64,000 nucleotides of DNA from Halobacteriota archaeon (GTDB taxonomy: Archaea; Halobacteriota; Bog-38; Methanoflorentales; Methanoflorentaceae): contig JBEKIR010000001.1 of the NCBI GenBank assembly GCA_050011655.1, positions 4,519 through 68,518 of the forward strand. The letters are read 5' to 3'. Position numbers and translations under genes: made by a program. Under the pieces are notes generated by a model. It saw only the letters and a program-made list of their open reading frames with translations. It was not told the DNA's origin and did not search any database. The number at the start of each line of letters is the position of its first letter. Position 1 is the stretch's first letter. Shown here one piece after another: positions 10,212-19,922 of the stretch.

Positions 10212-10813
10212 TGCTTCTCCTCCGCTGTAGCCGTCGTTCCATCGTCTTTTTCCGCGACCTGAGTTTTCAGTCCGGGATTGAGCACCTTCAAGCCCTTAGC
10301 AAACGCCCGCTCGAGAATGACTTGCTTCTTGCGGGCGCCGACCGTACGACCTATTCTGACGGCTTTCTGAGGCGTCGCCTCGTCCAGATCAGCTAGGGTG
10401 TTGACCAGCACTTCTTCGAATCCTGAAGGATGAAAGCCCCTTATCGCGCTTGGTGCGCCGTATCCCACTTGCACGACCGGGCCCTTATCCGGAAACCCCC
10501 GCCGCATCTTGTTGAACAGTCCGCGTGGTTTTCTCCAGCTCGGGCTTAGCTTCTTTTTCTTCTCGTAGTCGTCGCGCTTGAACCAGGGTTTGTCGTGCCG
10601 CTTACGAACGAGCAGTAAATGCTTGTGTTTAGCGCTGAATTCCGTATGCTTGAATGAAATTGACTCTTGTGCGACTCGTTGTGCAAGGTCAGCATCGAGG
10701 CCTGCGCTTGCAAGTTCGTCCGCTGTTACGCCCTTGAGGTCGTCCACCGTTCGGTACCCTGCCTCTATCAGCGCTTTAATTTGAGTGTCATCCATTTCAT
10801 TCAAAGCTTTCAT
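10208..10813 (-). CDS. rpl32e: 50S ribosomal protein L32e (with N-terminal HhH extension)
   Basis: L32e core preceded by helix-hairpin-helix-like N-terminal extension. Confidence 0.85.
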   Translation of the reverse strand: MKALNEMDDTQIKALIEAGYRTVDDLKGVTADELASAGLDADLAQRVAQESISFKHTEFSAKHKHLLLVRKRHDKPWFKRDDYEKKKKLSPSWRKPRGLFNKMRRGFPDKGPVVQVGYGAPSAIRGFHPSGFEEVLVNTLADLDEATPQKAVRIGRTVGARKKQVILERAFAKGLKVLNPGLKTQVAEKDDGTTATAEEKQ

Positions 10814-11355
10814 GTGCGTGCCCCTAGGCCCTTTTCAATGAGGTAGATGCCGTCTTGAAACACGCGCGGGTCACGCCCCTTGATCCGAGTCGCTTGCTCG
10901 ATGTTCGCAGCGGTTTGTCCCACGTGTTCCTTATCGATGCCTGTAACGATTAGCTCGTCGCCCTGAATAGCAACAAGAGAGCCCCCCATGACTCTAGCGG
11001 TTCGGGGCTTTCGTTCACCCAGAAAGTTTTCGATCGATACGACTTTTCCTTCTACCTTGACCTGGATGGGAAAATGCGAGTATACCAGTTTCAACTTGTA
11101 TTGAAATCCTTCGGTAACCCCTCTGACCATGTTAGTGATGTGAGAAGCGTAAGTGCCTACGATCGATTTTTGCGTCTTCTTGTCCAAGGTGGTCCCGACA
11201 TACACCTTATCTGGCTCGACGCGTATGTCGATGTTTGGGTACCACAGGTCGCGTTCGAGTGTTCCGCGCGGACCCTCTACCCTCACAATTCCGTTGTGAA
11301 CTTCGACCCGGACGGCGTCGGCGATCGGAACCTCTTTTTCTATGACTTGGACCAC
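10810..11355 (-). CDS. rpl6: 50S ribosomal protein L6 (uL6)
   Basis: two-domain uL6 sequence, 181 aa, operon position. Confidence 0.9.
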   Translation of the reverse strand: MVQVIEKEVPIADAVRVEVHNGIVRVEGPRGTLERDLWYPNIDIRVEPDKVYVGTTLDKKTQKSIVGTYASHITNMVRGVTEGFQYKLKLVYSHFPIQVKVEGKVVSIENFLGERKPRTARVMGGSLVAIQGDELIVTGIDKEHVGQTAANIEQATRIKGRDPRVFQDGIYLIEKGLGART

Positions 11356-11365
11356 AGGTCACCAC

Positions 11366-11758
11366 CTAATAGCAGTACGCTATTAGCTTCCCTCCGACAC
11401 CCCGTTCTCGCGCTTCGATGTGAGTCAGTATCCCGGCAGACGTGGTCAGTATCAGGAAACCGAAGTTGCGCGCCGGCAAATACCGCTGTTCCCATTTCTC
11501 AAGATCAGTTGTGTGAACAGAACTTCGCGGTTTGATCGCGCCGCATCGGTTGATATTACCGAGCAGCTCGATCTTGAATACGCCAGTTTTCCCATCTTCG
11601 ACAAGCTCAAAATCGCCTATGTAGTTCCCTTGCTGCATGACGCGAAGCACGTTGCCGATAAGCTTTGATACGGGCTTGATGCAGCATTCTTTCTTACCGA
11701 CGCCCTCGGCGTTTTTGATCGCTGAAAGAGCGTTTGCGAGCGGATCTAGTAGAACCAT
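11366..11758 (-). CDS. rps8: 30S ribosomal protein S8 (uS8)
   Basis: 130 aa; N-terminal [15 protein letters not shown]8 signature. Confidence 0.95.
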   Translation of the reverse strand: MVLLDPLANALSAIKNAEGVGKKECCIKPVSKLIGNVLRVMQQGNYIGDFELVEDGKTGVFKIELLGNINRCGAIKPRSSVHTTDLEKWEQRYLPARNFGFLILTTSAGILTHIEARERGVGGKLIAYCY

Positions 11759-11769
11759 GTTGCATCACC

Positions 11770-11913
11770 TCAGTTATACTTCTCAAACTGCATGTCGCTG
11801 GCGATCTCTCGGAAGCATTGTCGACAGAGGTATATCTCGTACTTCGTGACAAGTCCTTGCTTGCGTCCACAGCGCCTGCATTCATGGGCCTCACGCCGTG
11901 TTTTTTCGACCAT
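11770..11913 (-). CDS. rps14: 30S ribosomal protein S14 type Z (uS14), zinc-binding; absent from ORF track (<60 aa)
   Basis: manual translation [47 protein letters not shown] with CxxC..CxxC motif; ATG overlaps L5 stop (ATAATGG). Confidence 0.85.
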   Translation of the reverse strand: MVEKTRREAHECRRCGRKQGLVTKYEIYLCRQCFREIASDMQFEKYN

Positions 11914-12452
11914 TATCCCAACACCACGTTATAATTGTTTTGAAGGAAAGAAATTGCCTGCTCACGCGTAACTCGATGTCCAATGGGAACGCGTCGTTGC
12001 GCCGCACGACGCCGTGCGACGCGATAGCCTGGCTTCTTGAGTGATACAATTACGTCCATGCCAAATATGCCTATTTGGGGGTCATAGGTCATTCCTGGGA
12101 AATCGGTGTGATCGACGATGCCGAATGACACGTTGCCGGTCTCATCAAACTGAAACTCGTGCACGAAATTCTGCCTCGTCTCAAGCGCGCTGTGAAGAAA
12201 CGCGCTTGCTCGTTCTCTTCGCAGAGTCGTTTTGCATCCTATTGCCTGACCTTTTCTTATCCCGAATATGGGTTGAGTCTTCTTTGCTGACGTTCGCACC
12301 GTGGCTTGCCCGGTAAGAGTTTTTACGATATTCTCCGCGTTGATCAGCTTTTGGCCCCCCTCACCGACACTTATATGAACGGTCACCTTGTCAAGCGTCG
12401 GCTTCGTCATAGGGTTATCAGTTTGTTCTTGTTCCGCACGGGCCTTAAGCAC
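11913..12452 (-). CDS. rpl5: 50S ribosomal protein L5 (uL5)
   Basis: 179-aa uL5-like sequence; operon position. Confidence 0.9.
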   Translation of the reverse strand: MLKARAEQEQTDNPMTKPTLDKVTVHISVGEGGQKLINAENIVKTLTGQATVRTSAKKTQPIFGIRKGQAIGCKTTLRRERASAFLHSALETRQNFVHEFQFDETGNVSFGIVDHTDFPGMTYDPQIGIFGMDVIVSLKKPGYRVARRRAAQRRVPIGHRVTREQAISFLQNNYNVVLG

Positions 12453-12454
12453 GA

Positions 12455-13126
12455 TCAGTCACCACCGCTGCCCGTCGCAAAGACGTAGTCGTCTATGGTC
12501 TCAAATTGTTTGCCGTCTCGCTCAATTCGTACCATATTCGGACGCGAGCTCGCCATCTTCCTTACTTCTACTATCGTGCCGGTCTCACCAGAGTGTTTTC
12601 CTCCCACGATCACGGCTTTGCTGCCGGCTTTGCGCTCATACCGGTCAACAACGCGGTAATCAGGCAGTGAAAAGACAAGTGAGTCACCAGTGCTGTATTT
12701 TTCTTTCAGGAGTACATTCGTCCCATCGTGCAAGTTGTACTGAAGCTTGCCGCCTCTCACGACCGTAATGTTGTCAATACGGGCCAGCTTGCGCTTCGCG
12801 TCCTCATCGCCTATCTGAGTTAGCTCGTACTTGCCGCGGGGGTTGGGGAGCATGCGGTAGCTTTTGCCGGCAGTCGCAAACACGTCGAACAGGCCGACAT
12901 GCGCTTTGTGCTTCTTCACCACGCGCCCGTTCACCGTCACGCTTCCGTTATGCAAAATCCGCTTCGCCTCTTTTGCGTTGTCGGCGAGGTGCAATACGTC
13001 TCTCAATACGAGTAATATTGGAACGGCTTCTCTCGAGTGTGCGCCGGGAGAAGGAGCAGTGACCCAGTGACTAGTCTTTTTTGCGATTGGCCAGCTTTTT
13101 GGTGCGGAGATTCTTTTTTGATGCAC
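12455..13126 (-). CDS. rps4e: 30S ribosomal protein S4e
   Basis: S4e N-terminal, S4 and KOW-like domains. Confidence 0.9.
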   Translation of the reverse strand: MHQKRISAPKSWPIAKKTSHWVTAPSPGAHSREAVPILLVLRDVLHLADNAKEAKRILHNGSVTVNGRVVKKHKAHVGLFDVFATAGKSYRMLPNPRGKYELTQIGDEDAKRKLARIDNITVVRGGKLQYNLHDGTNVLLKEKYSTGDSLVFSLPDYRVVDRYERKAGSKAVIVGGKHSGETGTIVEVRKMASSRPNMVRIERDGKQFETIDDYVFATGSGGD

Positions 13127-13127
13127 G

Positions 13128-13493
13128 CTATTCCTCCTCTAGTTTACTGGTCCTGAGTTTGTCTTTGAGCTCAAGCTTTGTAATTATCACGTTTGAAGGG
13201 TGAATGGGTCGTGCCACCTCAGACCCATCGGCCTTGTGAACCGTTATGCCGTCAATTTCGATCGACTCCTCTTTGAGGTTAACCTTCGCCACCTTTCCTT
13301 CATGATCGCGGGAGTCCCCACGAAGCACCTTTACTGTGTCTCCTTTCCGTATTTGAACCCTTCGGCGCTTATATTTATCCGCAAGCTTCTTTTCGAGCGG
13401 CGCGTGCAGATACTTCTGACGCACGTGGAGAGGAGCATCAATTCGTGCTTTCCGCTGTTTCCGCGGTTGCTTAGACGTAACTCTATTTACCAA
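13128..13493 (-). CDS. rpl24: 50S ribosomal protein L24 (uL24)
   Basis: KOW motif IRKGDTVKVLRGDSRDHEGKV. Confidence 0.9.
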   Translation of the reverse strand: MVNRVTSKQPRKQRKARIDAPLHVRQKYLHAPLEKKLADKYKRRRVQIRKGDTVKVLRGDSRDHEGKVAKVNLKEESIEIDGITVHKADGSEVARPIHPSNVIITKLELKDKLRTSKLEEE

Positions 13494-13502
13494 TCTGAAC
13501 CC

Positions 13503-13901
13503 TCACACTATCATTTGAGCGACCGAAGCAATCTTGCCGAAGCGTTCTGCGACTTCGCGGGCAATCGGCCCCTTGATCTCAGTTCCGCGGGGCTCCCCGT
13601 TATCATCGGTGATGACGGCTGCGTTATCTTCAAACTTCACTCTCGTCCCGTCAGGCCTTCTGAATTCCTTTTTCTGCCGCACGATCACAGCCTTGAGAAT
13701 CTGTCGGCGCATGTCAGGCGCCCCTTTTTTGACCGATACTATGACCATCTCGCCTAATCCCGCCTTGGGTTGCCGCTTCTTAACCCCCCGATACCGTTTG
13801 ACCGCGATAATCTCAAGGGTTCTTGCCCCCGTATTATCGACGCAGTCAATTTTCGAGCTCGTTGCGAGCGATCGAGGAATTTTCGCCTTCAGGCTCTTCA
13901 T
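13503..13901 (-). CDS. rpl14: 50S ribosomal protein L14 (uL14)
   Basis: 132 aa with strongly conserved uL14 sequence (VDNTGAR...). Confidence 0.95.
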   Translation of the reverse strand: MKSLKAKIPRSLATSSKIDCVDNTGARTLEIIAVKRYRGVKKRQPKAGLGEMVIVSVKKGAPDMRRQILKAVIVRQKKEFRRPDGTRVKFEDNAAVITDDNGEPRGTEIKGPIAREVAERFGKIASVAQMIV

Positions 13902-14284
13902 AGTACTTTAATCACCACGAACGACTTAGTCTTGGACAACGGCCGGCATTCTGCTAGGCTAACGCGGTCTCCCGTTTTTGCCGCGACGCAATCCGGATTA
14001 TGAGCGTGTAGTTTCGACTTCCTCTTTTCGTACCTTTCGTACTTCGGAATGTATTTTAGGTACTCTCGCTGCACTACGACGGTTCGGGCAGTTTTGTCGC
14101 TCACGACCGTTCCGTCGATCACCTGCCCCCGCACAGAAAGTGTTCCGTGAAAGGGGCATTTGCTGTCCTCGCACTCCTCTGTGGGCGCAGCTACGTCAAA
14201 GCCAATATTCGTTCGCATGTTGTCACCTGTTGTGCCATTTTCGAACACTCTTTGCAACGCGGTCTTCCGGGCGTCCCTGGACAA
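13898..14284 (-). CDS. rps17: 30S ribosomal protein S17 (uS17)
   Basis: S17 OB-fold sequence; true start probably internal Met near 14218, which would remove the overlap with Rpp29. Confidence 0.85.
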   Translation of the reverse strand: MSRDARKTALQRVFENGTTGDNMRTNIGFDVAAPTEECEDSKCPFHGTLSVRGQVIDGTVVSDKTARTVVVQREYLKYIPKYERYEKRKSKLHAHNPDCVAAKTGDRVSLAECRPLSKTKSFVVIKVL

Positions 14285-14513
14285 GATCTCCGGCTACTCG
14301 TAATTTATCGCCTTCTGGCAGCGTGAATTCAAATGTATTGCGGTGCTTGGCGGCCGTTTTTTCCTGGCCGCCGCATTCTAATTTGAAAATATTTCTGCTT
14401 TCGTCAATGATCCGCCCACTCAAGCCTACCGCGTCCTCGTTAGTACTCTTCACCAGCGTCACACGCAAACCAATGAGCTCGTGATTCACGAAGTTCTGAG
14501 GAGTGATTCTCAT
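14223..14513 (-). CDS. rnp1: RNase P protein component 1 (Rpp29/Pop4 homologue)
   Basis: Rpp29 fold motif HELIGL.V.V..S.N...G..G.IIDES.N; conserved position between L29 and S17. Confidence 0.8.
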   Translation of the reverse strand: MRITPQNFVNHELIGLRVTLVKSTNEDAVGLSGRIIDESRNIFKLECGGQEKTAAKHRNTFEFTLPEGDKLRVAGDLVQGRPEDRVAKSVRKWHNR

Positions 14514-14520
14514 CTAGCAC

Positions 14521-14739
14521 CTACGTACCCGCTGCTTTCGTGTTCTTCTCTTCGTTCATAATTGTGCGGATTCGAGCGATGGTCCGTCGGAGCTCCTTTG
14601 GTCTTCCCGGATTCTCTGGAGCACCGCCTGCAGACACAAGCGCTCTCTCTCTTAAGAGCTCCGCTATCAGATCGTCAAGCTGCTTGCTTCGTTCATCCGG
14701 TTTCATCCTGCGTATCTCTCGGCTCCTCAGTATTGCCAT
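14521..14739 (-). CDS. rpl29: 50S ribosomal protein L29 (uL29)
   Basis: 72 aa alpha-helical, uL29 pattern. Confidence 0.85.
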   Translation of the reverse strand: MAILRSREIRRMKPDERSKQLDDLIAELLRERALVSAGGAPENPGRPKELRRTIARIRTIMNEEKNTKAAGT

Positions 14740-15364
14740 TCGCCTCCACCTCTTCGTCTGGTATTTGTTCGATCAGCCGTATGTCATCAGGAAGTTTGAC
14801 TCCGGGAGGCACGATGAAGACTTTGACCCCGATGATCCCAAGCTTCCGTTTCGCGACTGCGTAGCCTTTCATTACCAGCTCTTCAGCAGGTTTTCCGCAG
14901 TGCTTTATGTATCCGGCGAGAAACTTCTCGGTTCGCGACCGCGGGCCGGTGATCTTTCCCGCTAGGATCACTTCGCATCCAAGCGCACCGGCGTCCATAA
15001 CCCGCTGGAGCGTCGATTGTCCTGCCTTTCTAAAATACCAGCCCCGCTCAAGCGCGTTAGCTAACCGGTGCGCCATTATTTGCGCGTTTAGCTCGGGAAC
15101 TTCAATCTCCTGGACATCGAGCTGTGGGTTGTCGAGTTTGAAATTCGCATCGAGCTCTCTGGTGACTCGTCTGATCGTTTTGCCGCTTTTTCCGATGATC
15201 ATTCCGGGTTTCTCTGCGTATAAAGTGATGTGCGTGCCGATGGGAGTGCGATTGATCTCCATGCCACCGTAGCCTGCGCGCTCTAGCTCCTTGTTCAAGT
15301 ACTCGTTCATCTGAGATCTCTTCAAGCCCTCCTCTATGAATTTTTTCTCAATCCCCATTTTCAA
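14693..15364 (-). CDS. rps3: 30S ribosomal protein S3 (uS3)
   Basis: KH domain GKSGKTIRR plus S3 C-terminal domain and acidic tail. Confidence 0.95.
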   Translation of the reverse strand: MKMGIEKKFIEEGLKRSQMNEYLNKELERAGYGGMEINRTPIGTHITLYAEKPGMIIGKSGKTIRRVTRELDANFKLDNPQLDVQEIEVPELNAQIMAHRLANALERGWYFRKAGQSTLQRVMDAGALGCEVILAGKITGPRSRTEKFLAGYIKHCGKPAEELVMKGYAVAKRKLGIIGVKVFIVPPGVKLPDDIRLIEQIPDEEVEANGNTEEPRDTQDETG

Positions 15365-15818
15365 ACTCCTGGAGCACGATTTCGACCGTTACCGTGGCCG
15401 TGTTCTTTGCGGTGGCGCGTCCCATCGCGCGAGGCATCCTGCCTTCAATAACGCGCCCCCTTCTCGCCAAACTGTGGACTATCCGCATTCGATCAGTATC
15501 GAGCCCTTTGTATTCAGCATTCGCTTCCGCGCCCTTTAAGACCGTAAGTATGTCCCGGGCCGCTTTCTGGGGAAATCGGCCTGCGTCCCAGCCGCTTAAC
15601 CCCGCGCGATGTCCGACGCCTGAACTGTGGCGCTTGAACGGCACGGGCTTCGTGAGCTTAGTAATCCCTTCCAAAAGGGATTTGGCTTCTGCGAGCGACT
15701 TTCCCCGCAGCTCCCTGCATATCTCCACGCAGTGTCGCGGCGATACGTGAAGCTCATGGCCTTGCGAACGGGCCGTTTTCTCGTTGTCAAACTCGACTGA
15801 ATACTTGGTGAACGCCAT
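15348..15818 (-). CDS. rpl22: 50S ribosomal protein L22 (uL22)
   Basis: 156-aa archaeal uL22. Confidence 0.9.
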   Translation of the reverse strand: MAFTKYSVEFDNEKTARSQGHELHVSPRHCVEICRELRGKSLAEAKSLLEGITKLTKPVPFKRHSSGVGHRAGLSGWDAGRFPQKAARDILTVLKGAEANAEYKGLDTDRMRIVHSLARRGRVIEGRMPRAMGRATAKNTATVTVEIVLQEFENGD

Positions 15819-15822
15819 TAAA

Positions 15823-16233
15823 TCACTTCAGTGGAACGTATCTACTGGATCGTGTCGCTCCCACGCCCGGACCGCCGTGTGATACCCGTCGCCTTGTGAG
15901 CGCGTATTCCCCAAGGTAATGCCCTATCATTTCCGGCATAATCTCGAGGATGGCGAACGTCTTTCCGTCGTGGACTCCGATCGAGGTGCCGACCATCTCA
16001 GGGAGAACGATCATGTCCCTCTGATGGGTGCGGATGGTTTTTCCCTCTCGTATCTTTTGCAACAGCTTCTTTTGGTCTTCCGTGAATTCTCTTTTGAGCT
16101 TTCTGCGTTGACGCGCAGGAAAGAGCTGAGCCAATTTATCGAGCTCCATGTCCTTGAGCTCCTCAAGGGAATGCCCTCTATATGAAAACTCTTCCTTTCG
16201 GCGTGGCGCTTCCACTTTTCTTCTCTTAGCCAT
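15823..16233 (-). CDS. rps19: 30S ribosomal protein S19 (uS19)
   Basis: conserved GKTF..HDG....[10 protein letters not shown] motif. Confidence 0.95.
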   Translation of the reverse strand: MAKRRKVEAPRRKEEFSYRGHSLEELKDMELDKLAQLFPARQRRKLKREFTEDQKKLLQKIREGKTIRTHQRDMIVLPEMVGTSIGVHDGKTFAILEIMPEMIGHYLGEYALTRRRVSHGGPGVGATRSSRYVPLK

Positions 16234-16256
16234 ACTTTCACCAGCTCTTCGTTTGA

Positions 16257-16970
16257 CTATCGTTTACCCGTGCGGCGAGCTGCAATGCTGCCAACTTTCC
16301 GACCCGGCGGAGCATTGCGGCTGACCGTTTTTGGGCGGCCCGGATGCTGCCAACCGCCGCCGCCGAATGGGTGGTCTACCACGTTCATGGCAACCCCGCG
16401 CACACGGGGATATTTTGCTGCTCTTGAACGGATCTTGTGGAACTTCTTGCCTGCTTTGACAAAGGGCTTGTCAAGGCGTCCTCCACCTGCCACCATTCCT
16501 ATCATTGCTCGGCAATGCGGATGGAGCCATTTCATTTCGCCACTAGGCAGTTGCACGACAGTTTTTTGCACGTCGTGCGCGATCAGCATCCCGTAGACGC
16601 CGGATGCCCGCGCGAAACACCCTCCGTCGCCAGGTTGCGATTCAATACTGCAGATCGGCACCCCTTCCGGGATTTCTGCAAGCGGCAGAATATTGCCAGC
16701 TTTGACCTCTGCTGACGCTCCGCACGCGATTTCATCGCCCACGCAAAGACCCTCTGGCACCAATATCAAGCGCTCCGTTCCGTCCGCCAACTCAACTCGC
16801 GCTATGGGGGCGCTGCGAGCAGGGTCGTGAAGGACCTCGACTACGCGCGCTTTCACATCCTCATCCTTGTCAGCTTTGATCAATTTCAAGGCTGCCTTAT
16901 AGCGGTGAGACGGTGCCCGATAGGTCGGTGTTCCCTTGCCCCGATTTTGCGATATTATTCTCTTGCCCAT
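16257..16970 (-). CDS. rpl2: 50S ribosomal protein L2 (uL2)
   Basis: 237-aa uL2 with conserved C-terminal HP.GGG motif. Confidence 0.95.
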   Translation of the reverse strand: MGKRIISQNRGKGTPTYRAPSHRYKAALKLIKADKDEDVKARVVEVLHDPARSAPIARVELADGTERLILVPEGLCVGDEIACGASAEVKAGNILPLAEIPEGVPICSIESQPGDGGCFARASGVYGMLIAHDVQKTVVQLPSGEMKWLHPHCRAMIGMVAGGGRLDKPFVKAGKKFHKIRSRAAKYPRVRGVAMNVVDHPFGGGGWQHPGRPKTVSRNAPPGRKVGSIAARRTGKR

Positions 16971-16982
16971 ATCCCGACTCCG

Positions 16983-17228
16983 TTAGAAGATTCCAAGTTT
17001 TGATGCGATCTCTTCAGCAGAATCGTCGCTTGAAAGCGTAATAGTAGCTTTTTTGAACCCTTTGGGTGTAACGAGCGTCTTCACGTCGACGACTGTGACG
17101 TCATAGATTTCTTCCACCGCTTTTTTTATATCGTCTTTTGTATCTTCGACGTCAGCGATGAACGTGAGCTTGTTCTCTCTGTCAAGCTGAGCTGTCGCCT
17201 TCTCGGTTACATACGCGTGTTTCAACAT
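16983..17228 (-). CDS. rpl23: 50S ribosomal protein L23 (uL23)
   Basis: 81 aa uL23. Confidence 0.9.
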   Translation of the reverse strand: MLKHAYVTEKATAQLDRENKLTFIADVEDTKDDIKKAVEEIYDVTVVDVKTLVTPKGFKKATITLSSDDSAEEIASKLGIF

Positions 17229-17232
17229 GACT

Positions 17233-17976
17233 CTACCCTTTCCCTAAGGCATTTATCGCCGACTGGGTCCATATTGTTAGTCTACCTGCGTGCGTACCCG
17301 GAGCTAGAAGCTCAACGTTCAACTGATTCACCGCTACAACATCAACTCCGGACAAATTGCGCGCTGCCAACACGGGCCTCGTGCAGATGATGAGAACGCT
17401 CTTTTTGTTCTTGTAGCGTCGGCCCCGCCGTTTGCCTTTCCCAGCACGCACGCGTTTACCGCGTTTCGCTTTCTCTACGTCTTGCCAGACGTTTAGCGCG
17501 GTCAGTACTTCTGCTATTTCGCTGGTTGTGACCAACTCTTCGAAGGCGTCCTCAAGTATGAGTGGAAGGGTTCCTTCAAACCGATGACCGCGCGCTTTGA
17601 CTAGATCAGGTTTTGCGGTGGCTGCGATTGCAGATCGCATCGCTTTCTGCCTTTCCTTCCTGTTTATCTTGTCGAAAAATACCCTCTTTGAGCTTGGCGG
17701 ATGTGCTTTTCTTCCGCCAACCGCTTGCGGCACCCTCGCGACCCTGCTTGAGTTCTTCAATCGCGGGACTTGCGCGACTCCGCGCCCCGAACCCCACGAT
17801 TCCGCCGAGGTCTTAATGCCGGCCGTGGGCTCCGGTCCATAGGCCTGCCTCCTATTTGCCTGCGAAACGACGACTGCCTTTTTTATGAGATCTGGGCGGT
17901 AGAGTTCGTCGAAAAGCTCCGGAAGATCGATTTTCTTCCTGGCCTTGCCCTTCAGACTCAATAGTCGCCCCTTCAT
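17233..17976 (-). CDS. rpl4: 50S ribosomal protein L4 (uL4)
   Basis: 247 aa uL4. Confidence 0.9.
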   Translation of the reverse strand: MKGRLLSLKGKARKKIDLPELFDELYRPDLIKKAVVVSQANRRQAYGPEPTAGIKTSAESWGSGRGVAQVPRLKNSSRVARVPQAVGGRKAHPPSSKRVFFDKINRKERQKAMRSAIAATAKPDLVKARGHRFEGTLPLILEDAFEELVTTSEIAEVLTALNVWQDVEKAKRGKRVRAGKGKRRGRRYKNKKSVLIICTRPVLAARNLSGVDVVAVNQLNVELLAPGTHAGRLTIWTQSAINALGKG

Positions 17977-17977
17977 C

Positions 17978-18970
17978 TCATCTCACCCCTTGCTTCGATC
18001 GAACGCTCACGTAGCTGAGATCAGGAACCGTGTGTGCGGTTTTGTGTGGCCTGGTGGCCGATCTCATTCTAATGAGCCTCTTGGCAGGTCCCGGAACCGA
18101 TCCGTGAAGAAGAACGTACGCGCCTCGAACGAGCCCATATTTGACAAATCCGCCTGCGGGAGTCACTACAGCTCCGTCCGGCCCGATTTTAAGTATTCGC
18201 TTATTGTACTCAGTTCTTTGTTGATAGCCCATCTGACCAAGTTGCGGGACCGTCCACCTAACACGCGCCGGGTTCCACGGACCAAGATTCCCGATGTGGC
18301 GCCCCTTGCCGCCCCTGAACGCTTTTCGATCCTGGATGGTGACGCCCCACCGTTTGACCGGCCCCTGAACCCCTTTGCCCTTTGTCACTGCGATTACGTC
18401 GACTAGCATACCTTCTTTGAAGACGTTCTCAGCGGCGATTTCTTCTCCCAAGATAGCGTCCGCGTATGTATACGCAGCGCTTGCATCGTCTCCACCAACA
18501 GGCACTTCCATCAGTTCAGGCACCTTCTTTGGAATGCCACTCACCGCCGCTGGCGAGGTATAAACCAGCACGCGGATCTCGTCCGCACCGTCGAGACCCC
18601 CATCCCGGCGTCCTGCCTCCTTGGGAAGCGGCCTGCGCTTCGCAACATCGCCTGCGATATTGCCGGCCCAAGCTTCGAGCACAATGCGCTTTCCATAGGG
18701 CGTCTTACGATACGTCCGTACAGCCGCTACTTTCATCGCGGGAGTTTCGACGACCGTGGCGGGCACGCTTATCTCTAAACCTTCAGTTGGGCTATTAGGG
18801 GAATCATCGACTAAGATCACGTGCGTCATCCCAGCTTTGTAGCCCGCGAATCCCAGTATTCGCGGCTCATCTTGCTCTGGCCAGGAGCGGATTCTCGGCA
18901 CTTCGCTCTTTGCCCTCTTTCGGGGGCTGTAGGCGAGCGATCCGCGTCTCGGACGATGTCTTTTTGTCAT
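17978..18970 (-). CDS. rpl3: 50S ribosomal protein L3 (uL3)
   Basis: 330-aa archaeal uL3. Confidence 0.95.
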   Translation of the reverse strand: MTKRHRPRRGSLAYSPRKRAKSEVPRIRSWPEQDEPRILGFAGYKAGMTHVILVDDSPNSPTEGLEISVPATVVETPAMKVAAVRTYRKTPYGKRIVLEAWAGNIAGDVAKRRPLPKEAGRRDGGLDGADEIRVLVYTSPAAVSGIPKKVPELMEVPVGGDDASAAYTYADAILGEEIAAENVFKEGMLVDVIAVTKGKGVQGPVKRWGVTIQDRKAFRGGKGRHIGNLGPWNPARVRWTVPQLGQMGYQQRTEYNKRILKIGPDGAVVTPAGGFVKYGLVRGAYVLLHGSVPGPAKRLIRMRSATRPHKTAHTVPDLSYVSVRSKQGVR

Positions 18971-18979
18971 TGGTTTACC

Positions 18980-19777
18980 TCATGTTGATTCGTGCAGCGC
19001 GATATTGAACACGCTCAACGTGGCCATGATAGCTTCTTCTGTGCGCACCGTCTCTGTCCCTTGCTGCGGAATCGTATTAACGACAAAGTCTGAAGCCTCC
19101 TCCATCGATAGTCCCGCTTCCTGGAATAACGCTTCTACTCCGCGATTAGGGGCCCCAAATACGAAAGTCATCAATTCGGCGCTTCTCCTTCTTATTTCAT
19201 TGTGTATGGCGGGACTTATTGGCTGTCCGTGCCTCGACGTGGCTATGACCAACCCCTCCAACGCATTTGCGATGCTATCTACCACCCGGACCGAATACCC
19301 CCAATAACGCGGCGGCTTCTGAGTCAGTTCGACTTCAAGCGGATCTCGCGAAAAGATCTTAACTGTCACGCGCTCCCCTTTGCGTAATGTGGCTGTTCGC
19401 AAAAGGGCCGGGCAATCCAAACCGATTTCAACCCAAGCGCAGTCAGTTCCGACGTCTATCACAATTCCTTCTCGAATGTCATCACGCGGCCGCGCGTGAT
19501 GAGGGGTCTTCAATGGGGGGACCACCCCGACGGATCGCAACTCATTTGAGCGCGGGAAAAGCAGCTTTCGAAGGTATTGCGGCGCCTCCATATACTGCAA
19601 AATCGACGCGATGAATTTGCTGTCATCGTACGCAGCGTCACGGTAAACCGTAACACGTTGCACCCCAAATATTGCCGCCGCCCGAGCGACTTGTCCGACC
19701 TTGTATGTCTTTATTTTCTGATCGGCGGTTTCGATGGTCAAGGACGAGGGCACTGCAAGCTGTATCTTGGGGTGCAT
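18980..19777 (-). CDS. conserved archaeal putative SPOUT-class RNA methyltransferase (DUF171/COG2106-like), first gene of r-protein operon
   Basis: 265 aa; conserved position immediately upstream of rpl3 as in many archaea; family assignment from memory of this conserved neighbour. Confidence 0.5.
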   Translation of the reverse strand: MHPKIQLAVPSSLTIETADQKIKTYKVGQVARAAAIFGVQRVTVYRDAAYDDSKFIASILQYMEAPQYLRKLLFPRSNELRSVGVVPPLKTPHHARPRDDIREGIVIDVGTDCAWVEIGLDCPALLRTATLRKGERVTVKIFSRDPLEVELTQKPPRYWGYSVRVVDSIANALEGLVIATSRHGQPISPAIHNEIRRRSAELMTFVFGAPNRGVEALFQEAGLSMEEASDFVVNTIPQQGTETVRTEEAIMATLSVFNIALHEST

Positions 19778-19814
19778 TTTCGCACATCTGCGTCATAACG
19801 CCTGACCCGTGTAG

Positions 19815-19824
19815 TTTTTAAAAG
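19815..19824 (-). promoter_or_regulatory. candidate TATA box/BRE for r-protein super-operon
   Basis: TTTTTAAAAG about 40 nt upstream of ATG at 19777 in AT-rich divergent intergenic region. Confidence 0.35.
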
Positions 19825-19887
19825 TGCAACAAAGCTACTTAAAGGTTTCTGACGCTGCTGCGGCTCGCGTCACGCGATTCCGATACT

Positions 19888-19913
19888 CCTAAATAAGGTA
19901 AATCCTATATAAA
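19888..19913 (+). promoter_or_regulatory. candidate TATA-like promoter element for CDF-RFAPS-DUF98 operon
   Basis: TAAATAAGGTAAATCCTATATAAA AT-rich tract centred about 27 nt upstream of ATG 19923 (leaderless-type spacing). Confidence 0.3.
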
Positions 19914-19922
19914 CGGCCAAGA

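Noticed and set aside
9567-10230. Long plus-strand ORFs (211 and 145 aa) antisense to rpl18/rpl19e, and similar antisense ORFs throughout 6-19 kb
   Set aside because: They lie opposite highly conserved ribosomal-protein genes, have skewed Arg/Ser/Pro composition typical of GC-rich antisense frames, and have no homologues. Spurious.
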